A stretch of DNA of 63,482 nt, the filler included, from Rhabdomonas costata (Eukaryota), in NCBI GenBank assembly GCA_019059605.1. It is 52 parts of 52 records of this genome, joined end to end, with 100 filler letters (N's around TTAATTAATTAA, not from the genome) between each part and the next. Parts side by side here need not be neighbours in the genome. Positions count along the whole stretch, not along the records: positions 51,355 to 52,476 come from JAHMHO010027476.1; positions 52,577 to 53,698 come from JAHMHO010027477.1; positions 53,799 to 54,920 come from JAHMHO010027478.1; positions 55,021 to 56,142 come from JAHMHO010027479.1; positions 56,243 to 57,364 come from JAHMHO010027480.1; positions 57,465 to 58,586 come from JAHMHO010027481.1; positions 58,687 to 59,808 come from JAHMHO010027482.1; positions 59,909 to 61,037 come from JAHMHO010027483.1; 44 more parts are not named here. One strand, written 5' to 3'. Both the position numbers and the translations under genes were made by a program. Position 1 is the stretch's first letter, and each line of letters opens with the position of its first letter. The notes beneath the pieces were generated by a model, which saw nothing but the letters and a program-made list of their open reading frames with translations, was not told the origin of the DNA and searched no databases. Positions 51,436-62,721 of this stretch are shown piece after piece.

Positions 51436-52253
51436 GGCATAGATAAGGCAACCACACTTCAAGAGACAAAGCACTTCAATTCTTCCACTCTGGACACCAG
51501 AAGGTGCAAGCACACCCTGATTAAAATCCTTTATCTCCTTTCCTTGGGAGAAAGCGTGCAGGGAACAGAAGCTACGGAGCTGTTCTTCAACACAACCAAG
51601 CTTCTTCAATCTCAAGACGTATGCGCTTATCACACCTTTTTGGTTCTTTCCCGAACCCACTTGCCTCTTGCTTTCTGCAGGACCGTAACGGTTTTGCCCT
51701 CTCCCCCCGCATTTCGCTCATGTGTGTATGTCTGCTTGTGCTGTGCGCAGCCAACCCTGCGAAGGCTGGTGTACATTATGGTCAAGGATCTGTCCACTTG
51801 CGCCGAGCACGTGTTCGTTGCTTCCAATACGTTATGTAAGGACATGAATTCCAACGACGACATGTACAAAGCCAACGCCATCCGAGCGCTTCGCAAAATC
51901 ACTGACGTGTGGCTTCTTTGTCTTTGGCGCTCCCCTGCCTCCCTTGTGCAGCAACGGTCTCTGTTTGAAAAAGGCTCTCTGTTCTTGAATAGTCGTCGAT
52001 GCTGGGTCCCATTGAGCGTTACCTCAAGCAGGCCGTGGTTGACAAGGCAGACACCGTCTCCAGCGCTGCGATTGTGACTGGGATACACTTGTCCCAGAGC
52101 CACCCTGAGATGGTGAAGAGGTGGAGTGGTGAGGTGGGGGAGGCGTTGAAGCAGCGGGGCGTCATGGCACAGTACCACGCGCTGGCGCTGCTGCACAAGC
52201 TGCGCAAGAATGACAAGCTGTCTGTGTCCAAGCTGGTTCAGAGTGTTAACACG
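51436..52253 (+). CDS. COPG: Coatomer subunit gamma, three exons
   Basis: Exons 51436-51618, 51751-51906 and 51993-52253: EATELFF..TKL.QS.D..LRRLVY, ANAIRAL..ITD..ML..IERYLKQA.VDK, QYHAL.LL..LRKND.L.VSKL. Confidence 0.96.
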
Positions 52254-52740
52254 GTTTGGCTCCCTAATTTACATTTTTCTTCTGCAACTAGTCCCAAAGA
52301 GGAACAAAGGACTGTCCCAACAAGCACGGCAAGTTGCTTGGCACCGTTGACCCACATTGGGCTGCTCAAAGCTGAGCTTTCAGAAGCAGTTGCACTATTC
52401 ACACAGCCATTGCGGTTGGCGGTTTATCTTCTCTTCAAGCCCAGGCTGTCCCGCGAAAAGCTCACCCCCCCCCCCCNNNNNNNNNNNNNNNNNNNNNNNN
52501 NNNNNNNNNNNNNNNNNNNNTTAATTAATTAANNNNNNNNNNNNNNNNNNNNNNNNNNNNNNNNNNNNNNNNNNNNGTGGTGGTGGTCAGGTGATCGCGA
52601 AACCTGAATCTTGGGTTGCGGAGAGATGGTGAGCTGAACGCCATGGAGCAGCCACACACTCGCGCTGAAAGATGGAACCTGCATCCACAGCAATGTAGTG
52701 CTCCCTTTTGTGTGTAGTGTGTATGTACGTTACAGGTCAG

Positions 52741-53670
52741 ATCCTGGGGATTTTCGCCATGGAGCACCCGGACCAGTACATCAAGCCCATCATCGCGACG
52801 CTGCGCTGCGTCCACCACGACAGCTTCGGCGAGTTCATGAAGTGAGCGGCCTTTGGTCTGCACTTTAAAAAAATCAATTCTTGGCCTTGTGTGCTGTGAC
52901 CGTGGCGTGAGACGCAAGGCTTGTGTGTGTGCATCCTTTTGCATACTCCGTGAGTCGCCCACAGCTGACAGGATATGGGCAGGTAGTTCCAGAGCTGAGA
53001 GACGACATTTGATGCGCACGCCCTGAGTTGTGGTTTTGTTCTTCTCCGTTCTGCTGTCCTTCCTTTGCGCACTGTTTTTAGTGCCTGCTTGTGTTTCATT
53101 ACAGCGCCGTTCAGTCTGGGATCGTCACCCTACGCGCCGATGGAAGCAACATTGATGCCGTGGACATTGACCTCCGAATCGAGGGCATGCCCCGTACCTT
53201 CCCTCCGCCCATAAGGAAATCTAATCCTCTCCAAGCACAGCTTGGCTGTCGGGCTTCGCCTGCGAATTTGCTCAACCTTGGTGCCAGACCTCAGCTCATT
53301 TGATACATGGCTCGGCAGAGCCACCCCGTGTTGCAATCTGGTGCGCCCACGTCACAGAGCAAAACCTTGAGAGGGCCCGAAAGCAGAGCCGCCTGAACGA
53401 ACTGCGGGCTCGGTTGGGAACCCCGAGGAGCTCCCGGCTGAGTGCGGAGGTACTCCTTTCGTGGCCTGTGGGCGCCCTCTCGTTTCATTAGGCCGTTTTT
53501 TAATCGATACGTTTCATCTCCTCATATTAACACGTTTCAGGTGAGTGTCGTTTTGATGATATTGTGTGGCAGCGTTTGCCCTCTTGCGCCGCAGGACCGA
53601 ACCCAGGTGGAGGCAGACATCGACCGCATTACATTTGCTCTGTACCGGGACCAAGCTCTCTGGGCACGGT
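52741..53670 (+). CDS. Hypothetical protein, four phase-compatible exons
   Basis: Exons 52741-52841, 53105-53184 (or -53193), 53319-53449 and 53595 onward splice into one open frame. Confidence 0.65.
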
Positions 53671-54585
53671 TGATCCCCCGCCTTGCTTCCCACCCCCCNN
53701 NNNNNNNNNNNNNNNNNNNNNNNNNNNNNNNNNNNNNNNNNNTTAATTAATTAANNNNNNNNNNNNNNNNNNNNNNNNNNNNNNNNNNNNNNNNNNNNGG
53801 GTTTTTGTCCTACCTTCCGGATGTAGTAACTGACGCATTTTGGCCGTGAGAGGGCACAAAAGTTGCTGGGATGAGAAATGCCGGCAAGGGTTTTCAGTTG
53901 TGGTAATGATGTCCACGTTCCTCCGCGTTCCTCAGTAGCGGCATGCAGGGTAGAGGGCAGGCGAGCATCTGTGAGTGGGGCAGTGTGGTAATGAAGGAGA
54001 GAGAAGGCATATTATACCAGAGCCTGGGAGAAAGGGCTTGTAGGGTTGATGGGGTTGTGAGGGTGGTACTCTCGTGTTGCTTCGTAGTGCAAAGGTTCCT
54101 CTTTACTCTTTAATGGCAAAGAAGAATGCTCAGAATGGCCATGGAACTCATGTGTAAAATTTGGAAAGGTAATTTGGAAAGGAAAAGCGTGAGCAAGTAA
54201 AGTGCACAAGACACGGAAGACAAGGGTAAAGTAGCCCGCAGAATGCGACGAGGTTGGGTGGGATATGAGATGGTGAATGGGTGAATGGGTGAATGGAGCT
54301 GTAATTTGAGGGGATAAGTGAGGGATTGGAAAGAAGGAATGGCGCGGAGAGTCCCTATGAATGTCGGCCATGTTTGTAGTTTATCCGAGTTATCGATGGA
54401 AATGTATGCCATGGATTTGGGGGCCTAATTCACGATGTGCTCAAACGATGTGTTGTCCTGCTTAGCAGCGTTTTTGTTAGTTTGGGAACGAGCAAGTGCT
54501 TGGTGTGGTTCAGCTGATATTTACCCACTAGTGTGCCTGTTTTGCGCTCTGAATCGGTACTTGTTCACATATTTTCTCTGTGCAG

Positions 54586-54827
54586 GTTATGATGGTGGAC
54601 ATTAGTGGCTTCACGTCCCTCGGCGAGATGCTCTCGTCCCTACCGAATGGAATGCTCCGCCCTCGACACATCTGTATTCTTTTGCTGTGCGGATTTCCAT
54701 CCTGTCTCATATTTTGCCATTTTCTCGTTCTTAGGGGTGGAGCTACTTACAAAGCACGTCAACGCTATCTTCTCTCCGATTATTACCTTGGTGCACGAAG
54801 CCTCGGGCAGCGTGGAGCGTTTCGCGG
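54586..54827 (+). CDS. Soluble-type (ADCY10/bacterial-like) class III cyclase, N-terminal catalytic exons
   Basis: VMMVDISGFTSLGEML...GVELLTKHVNAIFSPII..V...SGSVERFAG matches DISGFT-x-L-x-E...G-x-E-x-L...N...GG-x3-KFAGD. Confidence 0.85.
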
Positions 54828-55020
54828 GTGTTTCCTTTGCTCTGGCATTGGCTTCATTTCTTCCTGCGTCCCTCGGATTTCAGCGGACGATTGCACTTTC
54901 CTGTACCTCTCCATAAACCCNNNNNNNNNNNNNNNNNNNNNNNNNNNNNNNNNNNNNNNNNNNNTTAATTAATTAANNNNNNNNNNNNNNNNNNNNNNNN
55001 NNNNNNNNNNNNNNNNNNNN

Positions 55021-56102
55021 TCATCCTCGTTAATCTCCCCGTCCTGGTCCCTGAATGTCAGGAAACAGAGGAAAGTAACACTCGCTGACGCTGATTGTCT
55101 ACTACGTGACTACTGACGCTGATTGTCGCCTGCGATAGGGAGGCTTTCCAAAAAAAAAACAGACCACAAAAAGTGCGACGTATTCATCTTGTGCTGAGCG
55201 GCCATCTGTCAACCCACACCCAAGTGCCTCGGAGAATGACACATTGGTGTGCCGGACAGCGTTCACGCGACCACACAGATAAGCAGCAATTTATGGCATC
55301 GTGTGATGCGTATGCGCTCTGAGCCGTCCCCGCTTTAGCAAGCTGAGCCTTGCGGCCACACACCGGGGCAAAAGCCCCCACAGCTCAAAAAAGTTGGAAC
55401 CAAACCCGACAAGTCCACACGGAGAAGTCGGAATGAAAGGAAGAAATAGGCGAGTCCTTGCCACCTGTCAAACTCGTCAATCATTGCCTGCAGCTCTTCG
55501 TCAGAGATCGTCTCGCCCAACTCGCGTGCAACCCTGTTAACAACGAATGCAGTTGGTCGTCATCCAAGCGCCGATCAAACAACTGCATCAGCGTTGAAAA
55601 GGGGGACGGGCGTTGAACTTTATAACATCTTCCTATTGTATAACGGTAATACACAGTCATGGGCTGTGACTACTGTTTCACCGTTGGTTACTTTTGGCAA
55701 GAACTTGTTTCTCGCTGGGCTTAAGCAGACTAATGGGACAGGTTGATTTGGAGGGTTTAAGGGTGTAAGCCAGCAGCACCGTATACGGGCGTTACACCGC
55801 TGTGACGCCCCCGTTCAGTGGTCCCACACTCCACATTAGACCCTATTTTCTGATGGCGCTGATATGGTCTTTGGTGCCCGTCTTACCGCTGACACTGCGT
55901 TTAATCATCAACATTCGAGAGCCCTCGGAGTTGCGCTGTGGCGGCAGCACGTTCCAGCCGACCAAATTGTGGGGGCTCTCACCAACAGTCATAATGGTAC
56001 GCACCACCCAATTTTGCTGCAGCGCCGCGTTTGATGCACGTACCTGCGAAGATTCTTCAGAGAGATCTTGCCTGTGCTGTCGTCGTCAAAGAGGTGAAAG
56101 GC
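55021..56102 (-). CDS. Centrin (centrin-3/Cdc31-like), EF-hands 3-4, three exons
   Basis: Exons 56102-56044 (AFHLFDDDSTGKISLKNLR), 55533-55465 (RVARELGETISDEELQAMIDEFD) and 55050-55021 (DQDGEINED). Confidence 0.95.
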
Positions 56103-56242
56103 CTTGACGACACGAAAAGGTGAAAGGGACAATCAAAACACCNNNNNNNNNNNNNNNNNNNNNNNNNNNNNNNNNNNNNNNNNNNNTTAATTAATTAANN
56201 NNNNNNNNNNNNNNNNNNNNNNNNNNNNNNNNNNNNNNNNNN

Positions 56243-56550
56243 AGAAAGCAGATGACCGCAGCCTATGCCAATCGCAGGAGAGCATATTACAAGTTCAGTT
56301 TGGGTCAGGATGTGTTGATCAGTAAGATTATGTATTACCAAGGGATGTTTGGAGACACACCAGGTAAGAGGAGTTACCTAGTTACCAAGGGAGGTTTGGA
56401 TGCCCATCAGGTACGTTTGTGCCAAAGGCCGTGGGACAGTTTGCAATCATCAAGAAGATTACAGATACAAACTTTGTGTTAGAAATTCCTAAGGAAGTGC
56501 GTGGGAGAGCGCATCCAGTATTACATTCAAGTGATCTTATTCTGTACGAA
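56243..56550 (+). mobile_element. Degenerate Ty3/gypsy integrase C-terminus (GPF/Y, SH3-like module)
   Basis: YANRRR...FSLGQDVLIS, then frameshifted PKAVGQFAIIKKI...FVLEIP....AHPVLHSSDL..Y, matching K-x2-GPF-x-I...Y-x-L-x-LP...HPVFHVS-x-L. Confidence 0.85.
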
Positions 56551-57118
56551 ACAAGCGTGTTAGACCCAGTGGGAATGTTACCGGATGATGAGAGTCATGG
56601 TGGTGAAGATGCGATAAGTACCAGATGATAAGTACCAGATGATGGGTTATAAGACGGTTCATCCCCACCAGCAGATAGATTAGGCCAAAGAGTCAGTACA
56701 TAAAGAAGTTCATCTAGTCAGAATGAAATTTCCAAAAGTGAGAGTTGTATGTCGTCGGAAAGTTCAGTGGAAGAGGAAGAGTCAAGCGGAGAGAAGTTTC
56801 CGTTGAGAAGGCCAAATTTCGGAGAAGAAGATGCTGATGATGAGGAATTTTGAGAGATTGAATCTGTGTGGAGTCCCAACAAATAGGAAGGTGAAGTAGT
56901 TCCGGAGAGTTTGGAGACCAGCCAAACCAGAGGAATACGATCTGGAAGCGGAAGGTGAAGATTTTAATGATGAAGAGTTTACAGAAGGTAAAGATGTTGT
57001 AGCGGTAAAACCGGATCTATATCACCGCTGTCCAGGGCCAGATTTTGAGGAAGAAAGTGCGGATGGATCAGAAAGAGGACTACGCCAAAGATAAATTGCT
57101 AGAGGATGAGTACGTGCA

Positions 57119-57359
57119 GAGACCGGCAAGTCCGGCCCAGCGAAACCTTCAACAGCCCAGAGGGTGTTACCAAGGCCCGACCAAGAGACCTCCATGTGCC
57201 TAGAGCATCCTTCACGAGCCACAAAGCATCCTGAACCCTCTGGTCTGCAAAGTTGTGCCAACAGAGGTCGCCAGATTTACGCCAATGCGGCTTGGTATTG
57301 AAAAGTGGTTGGCACCCCACGCCACAGTTTCAGAAAGGCTACGCCATCAGAATGCACCA
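57119..57359 (+). repeat. Dispersed repeat downstream of gypsy integrase; homologous to 37254-37480
   Basis: Colinear conserved blocks shared with the copy at 37254. Confidence 0.85.
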
Positions 57360-60277
57360 CACCCNNNNNNNNNNNNNNNNNNNNNNNNNNNNNNNNNNNN
57401 NNNNNNNNTTAATTAATTAANNNNNNNNNNNNNNNNNNNNNNNNNNNNNNNNNNNNNNNNNNNNGTTTTGTGGGAGGTATGCTACGAATGCATCTTCGAG
57501 TTTCTGGTCTGGTTTTATATTGAGGCGCTTGTGCGTTGTTTACATCCGCTTTACCCGTGTACCCGGGCTACCTGGGTTATATGTAGAGGGGTCCTCCAAA
57601 GTTCGCTCGTGACTTCTCTTGGAAACGTAGATTGCGTCTCATTTTGTGTGAAAGGGCGCTCTTCCACTGCCTGTATCAGCAACAGGGTGCAGGCTGTGCC
57701 GGTGACCCAGTCCGTCGAGGGCAATGTTTGAGGGTTACTTCCGCCTCAATATAAAACCAGACCAGAAACTCGAAGATGCATTCGTAGCATACCTCCCGGA
57801 AACTCAGCACCCATGCTTTTCAGTTATGACCACGCCAGAATAGGAAGAGGCAACGCCTGTGGAGGCCCATTGAAATTGTGGGGACGCTATCAATCCAGGC
57901 TTCCAATTTTGGGGGCACTTCTCTAGAGAGTTGGAAACTCGTGAGGCAGTGAATTCTGAGACTCCAGATATAGATCTACAACATTGCTCCAGTGCATCCC
58001 CGTTGCTGAATCCATGAAGGGGGGTCCGCCTACCAGACGTGCCCGTCAGCCATTGTTACGAAGCTTGGCCATTGGTCACCAGATCTCTGTTAAAGCGTGT
58101 CGGAAGCCCTATCTCGTGCGCAAAAATTTAGAACAAATCCCCCATGTGCTGCCCACCGGTACGGTTCTTCTCTTATGTGCGCAGCATACCGTCATACGGT
58201 ATGCGTCTCAGTTTTTCAGCTTCTGAGAAACGAGAAGACGACCGTTGGCACTGCACGGCTCTGCTGTACTCCGAAACTACCACCACAACCAATGACCCTA
58301 TGGCACCTCCCAATTGCGGCCGCATGTTAGCTCGATTGTATGCGTACCCAGCATTAACTGTGAGAGAAGGTGCGCTAAATACAGGTAAACATCCATATTT
58401 ACACCCAGGAACCTTTGCAGTTTGCCTTTTGGGTTGCGCTGTCATGGAATCAATTCTCGCTTTCCTCAGCCACTGGACCCTCGCTTTGAGCGTTCCTGGC
58501 TGTACCGGTTTCCGTCTCTGTCATCTGTAATCGGCAAGATCAAGCCCCTGTACGAGACGGGCAACCCTTGGTCCAGACCCACACCCNNNNNNNNNNNNNN
58601 NNNNNNNNNNNNNNNNNNNNNNNNNNNNNNTTAATTAATTAANNNNNNNNNNNNNNNNNNNNNNNNNNNNNNNNNNNNNNNNNNNNGCCTCAAACCACAA
58701 CCCCCTACAAAAAGGGCAACGGCGGGGAGCATTCCCCGGGCAGCCAGAGGCCAGTTCCCCAACGAAAGCAGAGCCTCCCCACGTTACACGGTATCGATCA
58801 AGTTGTAGTTAGAGTAGAAAACAAACGCGGAAAACGGGGGGGCTTTCGAACACAGCGGGTGTGGCAGTAAAGGAGCAAGCAACTCAAGCAACAGCTCGGA
58901 GTGCGCCGCGCGACGGAGAAGAGGTTAGGAACGGGAGCAGGCGGGGGAGACAAGAGTTGAAGAACGTGCGCACCAAGGGATGGTGGTGAAAGGAAAGGAT
59001 GAAGATGTCACGTGTGTGGGTTCAGTGATGTGGACGTGGGAGTAGGTCGGAACTTTAATCACTGTACGGCGGTGGGAAAGAAAACAGAGTTCGAAGGCGA
59101 CATTAACTGCAGCTACGGCAAGTCCGGTGACTCCCACCCTTTCGGCGCCACTTACGCCCCGAACTAAAGCACGAGCGATCCGAAAGGGATGTCGAAACCT
59201 TTTATGATATGTACACGAATCCCTATCTCACTCAAGCTGCAGTATATATAGGGCAGTAGAATTATCGTTACCCAAAAAAAGCACATCAAACCCATCAAAC
59301 ACATTTCCTGATACGAGAAACGGAGACGGGGGAATTCCTTTCGTTGGATTTTGAATCCGCTCTTTGCCACAGCATTGCTGAACGCTACCGAATTGAATCC
59401 CGGGATTCTTGGGGCGACCGCCCCTCCCCCCTGCTTAACATGATCCATCATCATGATGAGTTTGAGAAGCTTCACCCAAAGTGCACTTACCACCAAACTA
59501 CACTTCCAAAGAATGCTTTGCTTTCCCCGTGCTGTCGCCTAGTGAACCTATTTCCGTGCCAGCCGAAGGCGAGGGGAAGCAGACTGAAGAGATGGAAGAG
59601 TGTGCAGAAGGCGGGTGTATGGGTCCAGACCTAGCAGTCCTAAGATGAAAGAACGAGAGAAAGGCGACGGCCACCACACAAAGGCCATCTATTCCCGCGC
59701 ACCAAGAGACGAACTCGTCAAAAACACAAGAGCAGAATACGGCGGACGGAAGCCCCCGCACACACACTTTTGGGAGGACTTCCGTCGTGGGAGGGCACCA
59801 ACCCCCCCNNNNNNNNNNNNNNNNNNNNNNNNNNNNNNNNNNNNNNNNNNNNTTAATTAATTAANNNNNNNNNNNNNNNNNNNNNNNNNNNNNNNNNNNN
59901 NNNNNNNNGACCGCTGCGCGCTCCCATGTAAACACTCAGATGAACGTGTGCTTTCCAGTTGTGAATAGTCGACACGAAAGCCAAGCAAGCGGCACCACTT
60001 TGAAGCAAACGCACGTCAGAACGTAAGAATGGGCTAAGGGGCACAGGGGCTGAGGAATAGGTGGGTGACTCATTCAACGGAAAGCGCACACTGAAGAATG
60101 ACTGCACACAACTCACAAAAAGGAATAATAGGAAGAAAAACCGCTTCGGGAATGGTATGTGCGGAGGAAAGCTCATTCACAGCACGCTAGATGACACTTC
60201 GGTCGACGTTGCACACACACACACACACACGCACACACTAGAAAGACACACTAGCACGATGCCGACACAGTACATAC

Positions 60278-60856
60278 ATTTGTCAGTGCTGTGCTGGCCA
60301 GCAGGCCGAACCCAAGCTGCAGCATCGTTAGCAGGGCGCCCAGCAGGTGAGCGGCGCCGTTCACCAAAGCTCCAGAAGCGATCTCAAACACCGCTGAGCA
60401 ACCCCCACCCCCACACAGTTTGCGAGAGTAGTGGCAGCTTTTCCTGCTGCCGTTCATGGTGGACTCTTCATCATCCTTTTCACCCGTCAAGCAGTCTCTA
60501 TCCATCCTCTTTCTGCGGACTTATCGTAGAAATCTCGGGAAGGACGTCCCGTGCATACTTCCACGTCTATATCGAAGGTGGAAAACTAAATGGCAACATA
60601 GCCCAACCCACTTACCCTTCGCAACCAGTGCGGGACACGGAGAACTCGGTGAGGAGGACACAACTATGGCTTGAACAATGGCCTGCGGGAGTGGGACGCA
60701 ACAGTCACCCTGTCCGTAAATAAACGCGCACCTGAGGTGAGAGACAGTCCTGGAAGAAGCCACACCAGGCACCCAATCGCAATGTTGATGTAGCACAGCC
60801 CGAGGGTCGGGCCGGTAAGCTGGACAATCCAGACCAGCAGAGACACCGCCACACTT
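60278..60856 (-). CDS. ThrE/Prm10-family (threonine/serine exporter-like) membrane protein, two exons
   Basis: Exons 60856-60732 and 60393-60278 join as LVWLLPGLSLTSAVFEIASGALVNGAAHLLGALLTMLQLGFG, the L-x-PG...T-x-A-x2-E...SG-x2-R-L pattern of ThrE. Confidence 0.8.
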
Positions 60857-62684
60857 CTAAAAAGTCGGAAGGTGCGCGAAGGGGGCACATCCAAAATCAA
60901 CAGATAAAGCGAAGGGCGATCTTACTGCTCACTTCAGATATGCAATAAAAACCGCGGACCTGCAACCGCATAAAGCCGTCATATCATAGGTTTTGCCACA
61001 AAATGACGTTGCAGACGCCCCCAATGTCCAGACAGCCNNNNNNNNNNNNNNNNNNNNNNNNNNNNNNNNNNNNNNNNNNNNTTAATTAATTAANNNNNNN
61101 NNNNNNNNNNNNNNNNNNNNNNNNNNNNNNNNNNNNNAAAGAACCCCGTAACTGCAACATTGAAAGAATCTCTTTTGGGGGATCTTCACGGTGCTAGAAA
61201 AATGGTGACGAAGCTTTTTCTGGGGTTTGCACTTCACTGAAAGCCAGCAATATAAGTTCTCCGGCCTACGCACGCTCAAGGGCGACGAATTACCATAGCC
61301 AGAATTGTGTCCATAAACTGATTGGATCCTTCAGAACACATTATAATCTTGCCTGCGATTTTGGGAAAAGTTGTTGTCACGCTGTGTCCGGTGCGTCAGT
61401 AATCCCACCTTTGGTGGTTTCTCCCTTCGGGGGGGGGGGAGATTCCGCAACTGACAACTGACCTGCTCACCTGTCAGCATTGATAAGCAATTCAGTCCAA
61501 GTTGCCCAACATACACGGACATGAAAACCATCCTGCGACGAGTTCGAAAGAAGACATCTCAGGGATTTACTCATCTTTCTGCATTGCAGTACATGGTACA
61601 TGTACATTCACTGCAAGTCCCCAGGGGCACACATAAGCACCTACACCAACGAGAAAACCAGGGCCGCATTGGCGCTGGTCGAGTCTTTGCTTTCAAAGCG
61701 AACGGCAACCATGCTGCGAGAGATCGGGCGTTGACCTCACAGCACAGAGACAAGGATGTGGCGGAGGTCTTGCTGGAACTGCTCCCACGTGCCAAAGCTG
61801 TCGGGAGTGGTGAAGTCCAGCCGCTCAGGCAGCCCAGCGGCCAGCTCGACCACTTTGGGCATCACGGGAGCTTTTTCGAGGCAAAAACACATCGGTGGAA
61901 GTTTCACGATGAAAGCAAAAGTAATTGCCACTATACACGGACGCACACCTGATACCTTCCGCGGCAGAAGCCCCTTACTGGGCCACCTCAATCAAGTTTT
62001 TACGTTTAACGTTACCTTTTACGCACCGGCCCACCTCCAACCCCCCAACCCGTTGTAACCCACACATGTCCAAGACATGAGATTTCCTAGGATTTTGGAT
62101 CACGGAGCAAAGCGGAGCCCCAGGGGAACCTAATAACCTAACCCCTGCAAATTCTTCTATTATTCTCCCAGGGGAAGCGAGCATCACCTCCTAACTCACT
62201 GCACACTAACTAAGGGGCACATGAAAGCACTAAATCATAGCTCAAATAGTGGACCCACANNNNNNNNNNNNNNNNNNNNNNNNNNNNNNNNNNNNNNNNN
62301 NNNTTAATTAATTAANNNNNNNNNNNNNNNNNNNNNNNNNNNNNNNNNNNNNNNNNNNNTGTTGGGTGTGTTGGGTGGGTTTGTGGAGAGGGGGAGGCCC
62401 CACCTGCACATCCCCCGGGGCTCCACGGAAGGGGAGGTGGGTTCGGGCGAGGTGGAGGTAGGGGCCAGGGTTATGCCGCTGTGGTGGACACCGGGGTGAA
62501 GGTTGACGAGCCCATCCACAGTGCGGGCGTACCCGCTCTGCTCAATGAAGCTCTCCACAGGGAGGGAGACCCCTTGCGCTCCCTCCGCTGGTCCGGGAAT
62601 AGGGAAAGTGAAAATAGGATGCGGCATCACACGCGGAACATAAAAAACAAAGAGAAAAGACACCCACAATAAAAATGCGGAAAC

Positions 62685-62721
62685 AAGCAGCAGCAGCAAC
62701 AACAACAACAACAACAACAAC
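62685..62721. repeat. (GCA)n(ACA)n trinucleotide microsatellite
   Basis: Directly visible. Confidence 0.9.

Noticed and set aside
57560..58500. Non-LTR retrotransposon ORF2 relic
   Set aside because: Only vague resemblance; no RT catalytic motif found.
1276..60856. Euglenid non-conventional (end-paired, non-AG) introns
   Set aside because: Every junction I could anchor by homology ends in AG; no convincing terminal base-pairing was seen.
61640..61991. Stop-codon reassignment suggested by in-frame TGA in coding-looking stretches (here and near 22920)
   Set aside because: Conserved nuclear exons use TGG for Trp, contain no internal stops, and terminal exons end at TGA or TAG.
1124..62359. 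Regularly spaced TTAATTAATTAA repeats with unique intervening DNA (array- or CRISPR-like)
   Set aside because: Embedded in N runs of fixed length; a synthetic contig linker.
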